From assembly GCF_009914755.1 (NCBI RefSeq), contig NC_060935.1: a DNA stretch of 64,000 nucleotides; one strand, given 5' to 3'. This document shows, one piece after another, positions 21,807-44,675 of the stretch. Every line of letters begins with the position of its first letter. Position 1 is the stretch's first letter. Position numbers and translations under genes: made by a program. Below the pieces are notes generated by a model that saw nothing but the letters and a program-made list of their open reading frames with translations, was not told where the DNA came from and ran no database searches. The DNA comes from the human T2T-CHM13v2.0 reference genome, Homo sapiens.

Positions 21807-22293
21807 GGAGGGCTGAATAATAGAGGAACTGTGGACGCTGTCTCTCGCGTGGCTCTGCAGGGGTGTGGAGGGCTCAATAATAGAGGAACTGTGGACAGTC
21901 TCTCTCTCGCGTGGCTCTGCAGGGGTGTGGAGGGCTCAATAATAGAGGAACTGTGGACGCTCTCTCTCGCGTGGCTCTGCAGGGGTGTGGAGGGCTCAAT
22001 AATAGAGGAACTGTGGACAGTCTCTCTCGCGTGGCTCTGCAGGGGTGTGGAGGGCTCAATAATAGAAGAACTGTGGACAGTCTCTCTCGCGTGGCTCTGC
22101 AGGGGTGTGGAGGGCTCAATAATAGAGGAACTGTGGACAGTCTCTCTTGCGTGGCTCTGCAGGGGTGTGGAGGGCTGAATAATAGAGGAACTGTGGACAG
22201 TCTCTCTCACGTGGCTCTGCAGGGGTGTGGAGGGCTCAATAATGGAACTGTGGACAGTCTCTCTTGCGTGGCTGTGCAGGGGTGTGGAGGGCT
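21807..22293. repeat. 60-bp minisatellite, ~8 copies (DEAF1 intron 11, near exon 11)
   Basis: GGAGGGCTCAATAATAGAGGAACTGTGGACAGTCTCTCTCGCGTGGCTCTGCAGGGGTGT repeated. Confidence 0.95.
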
Positions 22294-22454
22294 GGGAAGC
22301 ACTGACCAGCAGCCCTCAGGGTTTCCGGCCACCAACTGTGGGGCCTCACATGAGAGCACTACCTGGCCATGTCACATGTGAGCCTTCTGCAGGGTCTTCA
22401 CGGAGCCAGGCAGGAGCCCCGGATTCCCAGAGGGAGGGACAGGGAGGGGAGTCA

Positions 22455-22790
<336 letters not shown>

Positions 22791-23169
22791 TCACTCTGTC
22801 GCCCAGGCTGGAGTGCCGTGGTGCGATCTCAGCTCACTGCAACTTCCGCCTCCTGGGTTCAAGCAATTCTCCTGTCTCAGCCTCCTGAGTCTGGGATGAT
22901 AGGTGCCTGACACCACGCCCAGCTAATTTGTGTATTTTTAGTAGAGACAGGGTTTCACCATGTTGGTCAGGCTGGTCTTGAACCTCTGACCTCGTGATCC
23001 ACCTGCCTCGGCCTCCCAAAGTGCTGGGATTACAGGCGTGAGCCACTGCGCCCAGCTCCCATTGGACTCTTGACTGCGCCTCTGCCCCAGTGCTGCTCAG
23101 AACGTTCTTGTCACCTCCAGAATCAGCTCTTTCCTGGCCTCAGTGCAGTTTGCCCCCTACATTCATTCA

Positions 23170-23460
<291 letters not shown>

Positions 23461-24526
23461 TCAAAAAAAAAGGGAAATCAGGGCCGGATGCAGTGGCTCA
23501 TGCCTGTAATCCCAGCACTTTAGGAGGCTGAGGTGGGCGGATCACGAAGTTAGGAGATCGAGACCATCCTGGCTAACACGGTGAAACCCCGAGATTGTAC
23601 CATTGCACTCCAGCCTGGGCGACAGAGCAAGACTGTCTCCAAAACAAACAAACAAACAAACAAACAAAAACAAAGGGAAATCAGCATGGAAATCTTTCTC
23701 CAAACTCCAAGGAGCTTCACTCCAGCCAGGCCAGCACAGAAAATCAAACTCAGGAGTCCACCGCTCCCAACACTCCTGAGCAGGGCTGTGGGCATCAGCC
23801 TGGGCGCACCGTGGCAGGCATGTGTCCCAAACTGCTGCGGCGGTGCCCCAGCCAACACCCCCACGGCCCCACCTGAGCTGGTTTCTGTGGTGGATTGAAA
23901 AGATGCCACCAGAGGTTTGTGTACTTTCTCCTGGAATTACATTATTGGAGCTTTTCTTTTTAATCAGCGCATAGGTCAACATGCTGTCAATGATTAATGT
24001 TTGCGGCATGACTAAGGTGCTTGACAGTTGTGAGCTCCGCCGTCAATGCTCTCTGAGACGGAGAAGACCACTGGGCCTAGGAGAGGCCTTGGCGCCGCGA
24101 CCTGCACGCCCGCTATGCGCCCAGATCATCCGCAGCTGCGGGAGGGGCCGTGGCCAGTGGGTGAGTGGCAGCGTCTGTGAGCAGCACAGAGCAGCACAGG
24201 AAACGACTCCAGCGCGGCCCCACGGCCCCTGCACGCGTGCAGACCTGCTCCGAGGTTCTGTTCTGATGCTTGCCTCCCTCCTTCGCAAACGTGATCTTTA
24301 ACATTTTTCCAGTTGTAAGACATTCAGAGCTCCGACATTCAGTCACTCACTTCAGAAAACAGGAGCATTAGGAGGAATTTTGGTGCTAATTTAGGTTGCC
24401 CCCTGCCTCTACTTTATTTATTTATTATTATTATTATTTTTTTGAGATGGAGTCTCACTCTGTCGCCCAGGCTGGAGTGTAGTGGCGCAATCTCGGCTCA
24501 CTGCAACCTCCACCTCCTGGGTTTAA

Positions 24527-24739
<213 letters not shown>

Positions 24740-24742
24740 TAA

Positions 24743-25075
<333 letters not shown>

Positions 25076-26740
25076 TAACCACAGAGAAGCTTCTCGAAGG
25101 AGAACACAGCTTCTGCAGGCTTTATTAACATTCTGGGTTGCTCTGTGGATGGCCGGGCCAGGCAGGACCCTGGTCCAGCCCCTCACAGACAGAGGTCAGG
25201 TGGGGTGGGAGGCTGGCGGGAGCGTGGTCACTGTCCCGGGGAGCGGCCCCCACGCTGAGAAGGGCACGGGTCTCCGTGTCCAGCAGTCCCTGTGCACCAC
25301 ACACCAGGACGTCCTGTACTTGCCCCCCAGCATAGTTCCTGGAGGACAGCACCCCTGAACTGAACGGGAAGCCTGTCCTGTTGCCTCGCAGGCGCCTCTT
25401 CAGCCTCAGCTGGGACTTTCAACCACTTGGGCCTTTCGCGGTATGCCCTTTGCAAAACTTTTTTTTTTTTTTAAACTGAAAAATAACGTTCTAGGAAGGT
25501 TAGAAGGAGCTTTGGGGTCTGAATTAGAGTCAGAGGCAGTAGCATGAACTCATGTTCTCTTCACAGATACAGAAGTGGCTGCGGAGATGTTCATACACAC
25601 AGGTGACACCCTCATCCCTGCTCTGCAGCTGAACAGGTGACACCCTCGTCCCTGCTCTGCAGCTGAGGGCCTCCACGTGACAACATCCCAGCAGCACCGG
25701 ACCCACCTGGCACCCACCTGGCACCCAGGCCTCACTCTCTAAGACTTCCCAATAAAAGGACCTGGGGCTCCCTGCCTGGCACCCAGGCCTCACTCTCTTA
25801 AGACTTGCCAATAAAAGGACCCGGGGCTCCTTGGAGAAGGGGCTGATTCCCGGGCCAGGGCAGGGAATGCAAGAGGAGGCTGGAGCACCCTGCAGTGCCA
25901 GGAAGTCAGGACGTACCCCAAAATGAAAAGTCTGTTGAAAGGGGTGCATCAGGGGACCCAGGAGCCGACGGCAGGAGCTCCCTAGGGCCAAGGACAGATG
26001 GTGTGCTTCACAAGAAAGTAGTGTTGCCTTCTAGCTCAGAGTTTAAAACACATATAAAATGAGCCCATCCGGATACAAACAAATGGTCAAATAAATAAAT
26101 ACAAGTCCAAGCTATTCCAGATCCTCCCGTCTAGGAGAAGCCCCCCCACGGCCGTGGACTTGCTGCCTGACTAAATGTGCAAAGGGAGAAGCAGTCCTGT
26201 CACCAAGGAGACACCTACAGACACCTGACTCTGGTGAGGAAGGTCAGAGCTGTCTGTAATGTCACTTGGATGTCAGGGACGCCACAGTGGGGTGAGACAG
26301 GCGGCAGCACCCCTCCCTGAAACCTGTCGTCCACCCCCACGAGAAAGCACAAGACAAGCCTGGATCGGGGCACCTGGACAAACTGCCTGGCCAGGCCCTC
26401 TCAGAACTGCAGGGCATGGAAGACAAGGAAAGACTGAGAGACCGTCACAGGCCTGAGGGTGCTGGGCAAATGGTGCACGGGAGGCTGTCTCCCACAGGTG
26501 GCAGCGGGGACAAGGTCCTAGAGCAGAAACAGGACATTGATAGTGAAATTCAAAGTCCGGAGTTCACAGGGACACCCAGCGACGGTTTCTCAGCTACAAC
26601 AGCCATGCCCTGTGGGCTTTGAAGTTACAGAGGGGAGGCTGCGGAGTGGCAGAAGGGACCCTCTGCGCTCACTTTGCAACTTTTCTGTAAACCTAAAATT
26701 ATCCCGAAATACGTTTATTTTTTAAAATAACCATTCATTA

Positions 26741-27140
<400 letters not shown>

Positions 27141-27783
27141 TCAGGAAACTGTCAGGAAATCACAGGACTGCGGATGGCACAAAGGGCAGAAGTGCCCAGG
27201 CCTGCCCAGGCGCCCCAAGAAGCTCATGCTGCCAAGCAGCTGGCATTGCCATTAGCATTCAGAGTTCTCTGGGCCGCAGGCGGGCAGAGGAGGAGACTGC
27301 AGCAGAGCACCCTGCGGGGAGTCCCGCCCAAGCAGCGGGTCCAGCCCCTCAGCAGAGACTGCGAAGGGGTTTCCTGGCCTGCCTTCCCTGCTGCAGGGGC
27401 CCCCCATCTGCACATCACACAACAGGAACACACCTACTTTTGGCAATGCAATAGCTGGTGTACTCTGGTCCAGGTGGAAAAAAGCCTTGTGAATCACATA
27501 TGCTGGTTTCATTATAATTGATTTTTAAATTAGACAAATTACAGATAACAAAGCCACTCCTTCAGAAACAGCCAACCAAGAGTAAGACCATAAGATCACA
27601 TATAAAATGCCTATTAATTTCTAACTATCAAAGAATAAGTTAATAATGTATTCATTATTCTTTCTGCAAATAAAACTAAGTCTAACTTGAAAACCTAGAT
27701 ACTGGCCAGGCATGGTGGCTACACCTGTAATCCCAGCACTTTGGGAGGCCGAGGCGGGAGCATCGCTTGAGCCCAAGAGTTTA

Positions 27784-28017
<234 letters not shown>

Positions 28018-29914
28018 CTAGACACACCCCGGATGGAGATGAGGCTGTGGTTGGAGGCAGCCTGGTGGATCGTGTATCTTACAAGGAGTGCTTTCTTTAT
28101 GACTTATTCTTAGAGGATGTAATGCTGCCAGGAGCCTCGATGGAGCCAACTCCGTGTCACCATCACTCCTGAACCAAATGGGGCCACAGGCCCACTGTGC
28201 ACAGGGGCCTCCGCCTGCTTCAGGGGCCAGGTGATTGGAGGGCGAGTTGGCCTCGGGGTTCAGAGCCGCTGGGAGAACCCTGAGTAGCCTTTGCAGATCC
28301 GCTCCTGGGTCTAGTTCCAGAGGCTCCTTTCCCGGCACTGCAGTGAGTTCAGGTGAAGCAGCCGCCTAATTCCACAGGCCCGGCCTCCTCTGGAGAGACA
28401 GAGCGGGAGAGGGGAGAGTGAGCAGGAAGCCAGCGGTAGATGGGGCTTCAGGAGAACCTGCTGGACCCTGAAGCCGTGAACCGGAAGCTGGGGAGTCCCA
28501 GCGTCACCCTGCATGGAGGCTGAAATACAAAGTCCCCAACACAGGGCAGGTGGGGCCAGGTGGGGCTTGGGCAGGCAGGGCCCAAGGGGCTGCTGCTGTG
28601 CACCCTTGAGGTCTGCCCCCGGGACCACTGTGGCTTCACCAATGCCCACCATGGGGCAGAGGGCTCCCCATGACTGTGTCCCGTGAGGGCGCAGCAGCTC
28701 AGCTTAAAAGTAAGAGAAATGCAAATTAGACTGGATTACTCTCCCTCGAGGAAGCAACGGAAATAAGAGAAAACCCTCAAAACATCAAGCAGGTTTATCT
28801 GAAAGCTGAGCCGCACACGTAAAGAGATCAAAGGATTAGTCTAATAGCATCTTTTTGAGCTGGGACAGAGTTTGCCGTTTCTATGAAATGACCATGATAC
28901 AGATCTCTGAGGAAGCATCAGACAAATTCAGATTTACAACCTGTCCCCGCCCCTGCCCCAGAAAGCCCACACACCTCATCCCAGGTCAGGCAGGGTCCCC
29001 CTGAAGTGGGACTGCAAAGCCACCTCTGTGCTTTTCCCAGGCTGCCCCGCCGGCGCCGCCTCACCCCGTCCCGGGCACCTGGCCGCCCCTCCCACCACAA
29101 CACCCCTGGCTCCCTCGGGGGACTCCAAGCCTGCATTTCCGGGGGCTTCCACGCTGCTGGGGGGTGCTCTGAAGAGTTCCCTGGGGACACGGGGATGGCG
29201 GGCTGCTCCCGAGTATCCCAAAGACGCCAGCAACCCTCGCTCACTGGGCCACGGCAGGACGTTGGTCCAGTCCGGCTCTGGAATCTGATGTTTGATGCGG
29301 AACAGGTGACTGAGCTGTCTTGGGTCTGGCCGGGCCTATTTGGCTCACGTGAGTGTTAGGCTGACACTGGAGAACAAGGCAGGCAAAAGCCTTCATTTAC
29401 AGAAACCCCATACCTGGACTTCAAGGAAATGTCACTGAAACACAAGCCCCTCTCGGCGCTGCTTGAGGCACCCGCGGCCTTACGGTGTTGGGAGAGGCCC
29501 CCGCAGGGAAGCGGCTGCTCTGGGGTCTGTCTCCACCCTTCCAGATCCCCAGGCACGGAGGCACCATCCAGGCACAGCACAGACCTATTTCTGAGCTTCC
29601 TAGGAGTCAAGGACATTGTTACTGTCCAACTTACGTATTCTTCTCCCTTTCATACCCTTCTGTGCTGTACTATATTTAACACTTTAAAAGGAAGTTAGGG
29701 AGACTGGAGAAAGCCTGAGAGCGAGCTACTAGAAACGGGGACAGGCTAGAGGAATGGGGTTTGCGCTCAGGGCAGCATGGCCAACAACAAGCCGGGGCCA
29801 GGGCAGTGAGTCCAAGACCCTGCAGCCACTCGGCTGGCTTCCACTGGACACTGTGCCCTTGACAGCCAAGGGCATCTGCTTTTCTGCCTTGTTGAATCTC
29901 TGCAGAGCTCATTA

Positions 29915-30434
<520 letters not shown>

Positions 30435-30510
30435 TCAGAGACAGCAGTGTCTGCCTCTCAAACCCTGACTTTCCAGCACTAATTACAAATAACAATTTAA
30501 TGGCACAAAG

Positions 30511-30968
<458 letters not shown>

Positions 30969-31648
30969 GCATAAAGCCTTCCTCCCATTCTGCAGTGGCG
31001 TGGGATCAGGGAACAGAAACTCATTTTCATCCTACTGTTGTGGGGAACCATTCAGTACTTCCTACAGGGCAGGAGGACGCCAACATGCGACCACCTTCCT
31101 CCCCTCGCCGACCTCCGACTCCCGCCCAGCCCAGGCGCCCCCCAGGCTCCTGGAGGTTGCTCCGCGTTGCTGTTGCTGCAGGTGAAGGGACACAGGTTGA
31201 GGCCCCTCCTTGTAGGACTTCTGAGCCTCACCCCCGAGCCCTCGTAAGATACCTGTGGAGCTGATCTCAAAGAAATCTCCACATCTAATTCAGAACCATC
31301 ATCTCACCAGAACACAACGGCCTTGCTCCTGCCTGGGTGCTGTACCATGATGGCACCACAATGGTCCAAGTGACCACCACCTTTGCTGGAACGGCTGCAT
31401 GCACACAGCACTGGGCACAACCACGTCTGCAAGTGCCCATGACTGTTCACCATGTCAGCCCTCAGCACGGCAGCAGGGGGCAGCAGCACCATGAATATCC
31501 TCCAGCCAACTGACCCTGCCGCACCCCCAGAGGGCACGATGCCCATTCCCAGCCTCCCTGAGCACAACCGCTGTCCTGATGCTCTGAAAGGGATGATATT
31601 TGGCTTTTTACTACTGGCCTGGGGGCCAGAAGCAGGGGCTCACGCCTA

Positions 31649-32386
<738 letters not shown>

Positions 32387-32495
32387 GTTTTTCTTGCGAA
32401 GGTCCGGTCTGCTGGACTCTAGGAGACGGCCACATCACGGAAAGCACTGTGGTCCTGTCTGCTACCATGGCTTCCTGAAGCTATATGTTCATTTA

Positions 32496-32841
<346 letters not shown>

Positions 32842-32944
32842 TCACTTTTGTAGCCACCAGAGAAAAGAAAAAAAAAAAGGAAAATGAAACCTACTGTGTC
32901 TGGGCCACCCTGAAGGAGTGTGAAGCAGTATCCACCCCAAGCCA

Positions 32945-34142
32945 TGGCACTGAGAGGAGGAAGACAGAAACGGTATCACATTCGGAGCCTCTAAGTCCTG
33001 ACTCCAGCTATTCACACCGAGAGGAGGAGGACAGGGCGTCACACTCGGTCACTCTGAGTCCTGGCTCAGCTATTCACACCGAGAGGAGGAGGACAGGGCG
33101 TCACACTCGGTCACTCTGAGTCCTGGCTCAGCTATTCACACCGAGAGGAGGAGGACAGGGCGTCACACTCGGTCACTCTGAGTCCTGGCTCAGCTATTCA
33201 CACCGAGAGGAGGAGGACAGGGCGTCACACTCGGTCACTCTGAGTCCTGGCTCAGCTATTCACACCGAGAGGAGGAGGACAGGGCGTCACACTCGGTCAC
33301 TCTGAGTCCTGGCTCAGCTATTCACACCGAGAGGAGGAGGACAGGGCGTCACACTCGGTCACTCTGAGTCCTGGCTCAGCTATTCACACCGAGAGGAGGA
33401 GGACAGGGCGTCACACTCGGTCACTCTGAGTCCTGGCTCAGCTATTCACACCGAGAGGAGGAGGACAGGGCGTCACACTCGGTCACTCTGAGTCCTGGCT
33501 CAGCTATTCACACCGAGAGGAGGAGGACAGGGCGTCACACTCGGTCACTCTGAGTCCTGGCTCAGCTATTCACACCGAGAGGAGGAGGACAGGGCGTCAC
33601 ACTCGGTCACTCTGAGTCCTGGCTCAGCTATTCACACCGAGAGGAGGAGGACAGGGCGTCACACTCGGTCACTCTGAGTCCTGGCTCAGCTATTCACACC
33701 GAGAGGAGGAGGACAGGGCGTCACACTCGGTCACTCTGAGTCCTGGCTCAGCTATTCACACCGAGAGGAGGAGGACAGGGCGTCACACTCGGTCACTCTG
33801 AGTCCTGGCTCAGCTATTCACACCGAGAGGAGGAGGACAGGGCGTCACACTCGGTCACTCTGAGTCCTGGCTCAGCTATTCACACCGAGAGGAGGAGGAC
33901 AGGGTGTCACACTCGGTCACTCTAAGTAAGTCCTGGCTCAGCTATTCACACCGAGAGGAGAAGGACAGGGTGTCACACTCGGTCACTCTAAGTAAGTCCT
34001 GGCTCAGCTATTCACACTGAGAGGAGGAGGACAGGGTGTCACACTCGGTCACTCTAACTAAGTCCTGGCTCAGCTATTCACACTGAGAGGAGGAGGACAG
34101 GGTGTCACACTCAGAGCCTCTGAGTCCTGGCTCAGCTATTCA
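32945..34142. repeat. 62-bp minisatellite, ~19 copies (about 14 identical)
   Basis: CAGCTATTCACACCGAGAGGAGGAGGACAGGGCGTCACACTCGGTCACTCTGAGTCCTGGCT from 33005, period 62; 66-bp variant units at the right end. Confidence 0.95.
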
Positions 34143-34859
34143 AGTAATGGCTTTATGAATGACACGTCCGATACACAGCTTTAGAGAAAGGGAACACATC
34201 GCTTCTAACACTTCCTGACATTTCTTCTAACTCCTGACATTTTCAGATGCACGGGATGTTCACTGCAACAGCTGCTTCCAGCTGAGAAAGGGGCCGCCCT
34301 TTCTAACGTTTTAAAAGGCTTGGCTGTCTACCAAACGGGATTTTAAGGATAAAGGGATTTCATGCCACATTTCTCTCATAGAAATACATAAAATTACTAA
34401 TAAAATTCAAAGCCCAGCCTTTCAGGGCAGGGACCCAGCTGACGCAGCAGCATCAGACACTCTGGCTGCCAAATGAGCAGGGGAGAGAGGCAGCCAGGTG
34501 ACATAGCAGGGACAGGTGACGTAGCAGGGAGATGGAGCCAGGAAGGCTTCTCCTGGAGGCAGCCCCAGGCCACCAGACATGGGCGGCCACACCGTGGTAG
34601 CAGGCTGCAGTCACCCTGGCCAGAGCTGACAAAGTGGCTGGAAAATGAGGGGAGAAACCCTAGAAAGGAGCAAGCACAGAGAGAGGACACTCCCATCCAG
34701 CACATAAACGCTCCCCACGTCCTTGTTTGACCCTGAGCTGATGACACAGCATGTGGGGAAGACTCAGCAGAAATGGGACGGCTGAAGACCGAGAACACTG
34801 AGCAGAGACTGCGGCTGCTGCTCACCACCTGAAAGTCTGGAGTTTGAACCTTCACAAGT

Positions 34860-38135
<3,276 letters not shown>

Positions 38136-38251
38136 CTGGGTGCAGTACCTCACACCTGTCATCTCAGCACTTTGGGAGGCCGAGGTGGGCAGATCACCTG
38201 AGGTCAGGAGCTCAAGACCAGCCTGACCTAAATGGTGAAACCCTGTCTCTA

Positions 38252-38545
<294 letters not shown>

Positions 38546-38548
38546 TTA

Positions 38549-38704
<156 letters not shown>

Positions 38705-39123
38705 TCAAAAAAAAAAAAAAAAAAAAAAAAAGAAACCCCATCTTTACAAAAAATACAAAAATTAGCCAGGCATGGTGGCGCAAGGCTGCAGTGAACCAAG
38801 ATCATGCCACTGCACTCCAGCCTGAGTGACAGAGTGAGATGCTGCCTCAAAAGAGAAAAGAAAAAAAAAAAAATGAGAGCAGTGACTGTCCATGGGGCAG
38901 GGGACCGATGGAAGGGGACATGAGTGGTGCTTCTGCAGGGATTGAAATGGTCTCATGACCAGGTTCATGCATTCATCAAAACTCACTACATTTTATGGTG
39001 GAGATTGAGGCACTTTGCTGTACATACAGTTTACCTCAATTACCAAAAAAGACCAAAAGGACACACAGTAAGTGTTCACGGTCATTATCTTTGGGTGCAG
39101 GGTTATAGATTTTTTTGCCTTTA

Positions 39124-39489
<366 letters not shown>

Positions 39490-39683
39490 TCAAAATATAT
39501 ATATATCTTTTTCTTTATTTTTTTCCTTTTTAATTTCTTTTTTCTTTTTGTTTTTGTTTTTTTTTTTTTTTTTTGAGACGAGGTCTCACTCTGTTGCCCA
39601 GGCTGGAGTACAGTGGTGTGATCACGGCTCACTGCAACATCAACCTCCTAGGCTCAAGCAATCCTCACGTTTCAGCCTCTTGA

Positions 39684-39912
<229 letters not shown>

Positions 39913-39946
39913 TAGCCAGGATGGTCTCGATCTCCTGACCTCGTGA

Positions 39947-40123
<177 letters not shown>

Positions 40124-40166
40124 TAAGTAGCTGAGACTACAGGTGCCCACCACCACACCCAGCTAA

Positions 40167-40298
<132 letters not shown>

Positions 40299-40367
40299 TG
40301 AAAAAGTATTTTAAAATTATCTTTGTCTTCAGGAGTAGAAACACTTTTCTTCCTTGAAAGAAAATTA

Positions 40368-40646
<279 letters not shown>

Positions 40647-40696
40647 TCACATATTGATCAGTCATTTAAAAAATTAAGAATCTAAAAAGCTCTTCT

Positions 40697-40780
40697 GCTC
40701 GCCTGTCACCATTAAGACATGCCTTTCCTCCCGCTTTGCCATCTGCCATGATGGTGAGACCTCCCCAGCCATGTGGAGCT
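40697..40780 (+). mobile_element. THE1 (MaLR, THE1C/D-like) LTR fragment
   Basis: GCCTGTCACCATTAAGACATGCCTTT...TGCCATGATGGTGAGACCTCCCCAGCCATGTGGAGCT closely resembles the recalled THE1 consensus ...GCCATGATTGTGAGGCCTCCCCAGCCATGTGGAACT. Confidence 0.75.
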
Positions 40781-40916
40781 GCAGTGTCACTGTCATTACC
40801 TCAATAGTCATTGAGTGGTGTTGCTGGTGTTTGGAGCTGTGGCATACCTAATGACCATGCATTCCTCCTATGGAAGGCTTCTGGACAATCACCACTACAG
40901 GTCCTGGGGAAACTAC

Positions 40917-41642
<726 letters not shown>

Positions 41643-41694
41643 TTAAATAGATAAATAAATAAATACGTATAATCCCAGCACTTTAAGACGCTCA

Positions 41695-42060
<366 letters not shown>

Positions 42061-42109
42061 TTAAGAGGCTGAGGCGGGTGGATCACCTGAGCTCAGGAGT
42101 GTGAGATCA

Positions 42110-42397
<288 letters not shown>

Positions 42398-43313
42398 TTA
42401 CAAACCAAAGTCCACGTTACCGTACCCGAAAAAGCAGCTACAACAAAATCCATCCCTGTCCTTTCCTGTGGCCTTCAGAGCTCCCCATCTGTGCTGAGCA
42501 GACAGGCGCCCTCCTCTCTCACCTTCTCGTCCCCGTGCCCTGTGACACACGGTACCTGTCTGCTGGGTTTGGGCTATGAGAAGTAGCTGAGAAACCTCCA
42601 CCCTCTCTCCAGTTTACTCTGGCTCTAGTAATTTCTATCTACCCTATTCATGTCACCCACCTGAACCTTTATATTACCTCAAAGTCTTCAATCTAAGTAA
42701 AGGGTTCATATGAAGTAGAGACTCCATATGAAAAGAGGCCGAAGGGGCCTAAGTGACCTTTTGCTTGTGCTGCAGTAATAGGAAGCTACAGAAAACATGG
42801 GCACTACGCCCTGTGAGCCTCCCACCATGCACAGGAGCCGCCTTCTGAAGAACGTGCCAGAAGCTGGGAGGGCTTTGTGACAGCAGATGGACGGAGCTCG
42901 GCTCCCAGGAAGGGGCTCAGCATTCGCCCTGCCAGTCGCTGATACTCAGAGACTCAATAGATGATGTTCTCCAAACTTCATAAAATATAAGCACATTTCA
43001 CTACAGGAAGACAAAGGATGAATAATGCCTAGAAAAGGTGAGTATTCACAACGGCCGATGCGCACAAAATTGTTTCCCTTTCTGAAACAAAGCAACCTTA
43101 TTTACAAAAACCAAAACCACCTTAACAACAATAGCTGTCACTTTTCTTTAGGAAAAGCTTCATTTGTAAATGACTCTCCACAGCTCCCTTTTCCAGAAAG
43201 GTGGGGCAGGGGCCTTGTGAGCCAAGGTGGGGCTTGCGCAGCTGGGCACAGGCACCAGGGTGGCCTGGGGTTACTCGGCACAGGTCGTGTCTTCCCATTT
43301 GTTCCAAGGTTAC

Positions 43314-43561
43314 CTCCTTCCGCTCTGCGTCAGCGTGGATCTTGGCCTGGTTTGTGGCAGCTTCTCGGTAGGTGCTGGCATGCTTGGCTTGCTCAAACAG
43401 CGTCTTCAGCTGCTGCGCTGTGTTGAGCAAGGAGTTGACCATCTCTTCTAGGTACAGCCAGCTCCGCGGCTCTGACAGCTCCAGCCCATTGACCAACGCG
43501 GGAGGTGCCGCTTTGGTGGGAGTCGGGGGTGGGACCGCCAGCGCAGGCAGGGATGTCAACA
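43314..43561 (-). CDS. DEAF1: DEAF1 exon 10 (helical/NES region)
   Basis: ctctag|; [13 protein letters not shown]...[26 protein letters not shown]...AERKE; GAG|gta donor; 248 nt. Confidence 0.97.
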
Positions 43562-44016
43562 CTAGAGCATTTGGAAAGCAAAACAAACCAAGAAATTAAT
43601 ACATCTCCTAGCTTCAAAATGGCCTCCGTTAAAAATTCTCAGCCGGGCGCGGTGGCTCACGCCTGTAATCCCAGCACTTTGGGAGGCCAAGGCAGGCGGA
43701 TCATGAGGTCAGGAGATCGAGACCATCCTGGCTAACAGTGAAACCCCGCGTTTCACTGTGTTTAAAAAAATACAAAAAAATACAAAAAATTGGCTAAAAA
43801 AAATACAAAAAATTAGCTGGACGTGGTGGTAGACGCCTGTAGTCCCAGCTACCTCGGGAGGCTGAGGCAGGAGAAAGGTGTGAAGCCGGGAGGCAGAGCT
43901 TGCAGTGAACAGAGATGGCACCACTGCACTCCAGCCTGGGCAACAGAGTGAGACTCCATCTCAAAAAAATAAACAAATAAAATTTAAAAATAAAAAATAA
44001 ATAAAAATTCTCATCA

Positions 44017-44157
<141 letters not shown>

Positions 44158-44675
44158 CTAGCTGGGCATGGTGACATTCACCTGTGATCCCAGCTACTCA
44201 GGAAGCTGAGGCGGGAGGATGGTTTGAGCCCAGGTGGTCGAGGCTACAGTGAGCCATGACTGCGCCACCGTCCTTCGGCCTTGGTGACTTAATGAGACCC
44301 TGTCTCAAAAAGAAAAGAGGCCAGGCACAGTGGCTCACACCTGTAATCCCAGCACTTTGGGAGGCCGAGGCGGGCAGATCCCTTGAGGTCAGGAGTTCGA
44401 GGCTAGCCTGGTCAACATGGTGAAACCCCATTTCTACCAAAAAATACAAAAATTAGCTAGGCGTGGAAGCGTCTATAATCCCAGCTACCTGGGAGGCTGA
44501 GGCATGAGAATCATTTGAACCTGGGAGGCAGAAGTTGTGGTGAGCCGAGATGGTGCCAGTGGACTCAAGCCTGGGTGACAGAGTGAGACTCCATCTCAAA
44601 AAAGAAAAGAAAAGAAAACTCTCACGCAATGTTGGGAAGTCGGGTAAAAAACTGACCAGCAAACAACAAATCACT

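Noticed and set aside
33005-34142. Regular array with internal palindromes, superficially CRISPR-like (also 40917-41290 and 21807-22293)
   Set aside because: Units are head-to-tail with no unique spacers and no cas genes; these are human minisatellites
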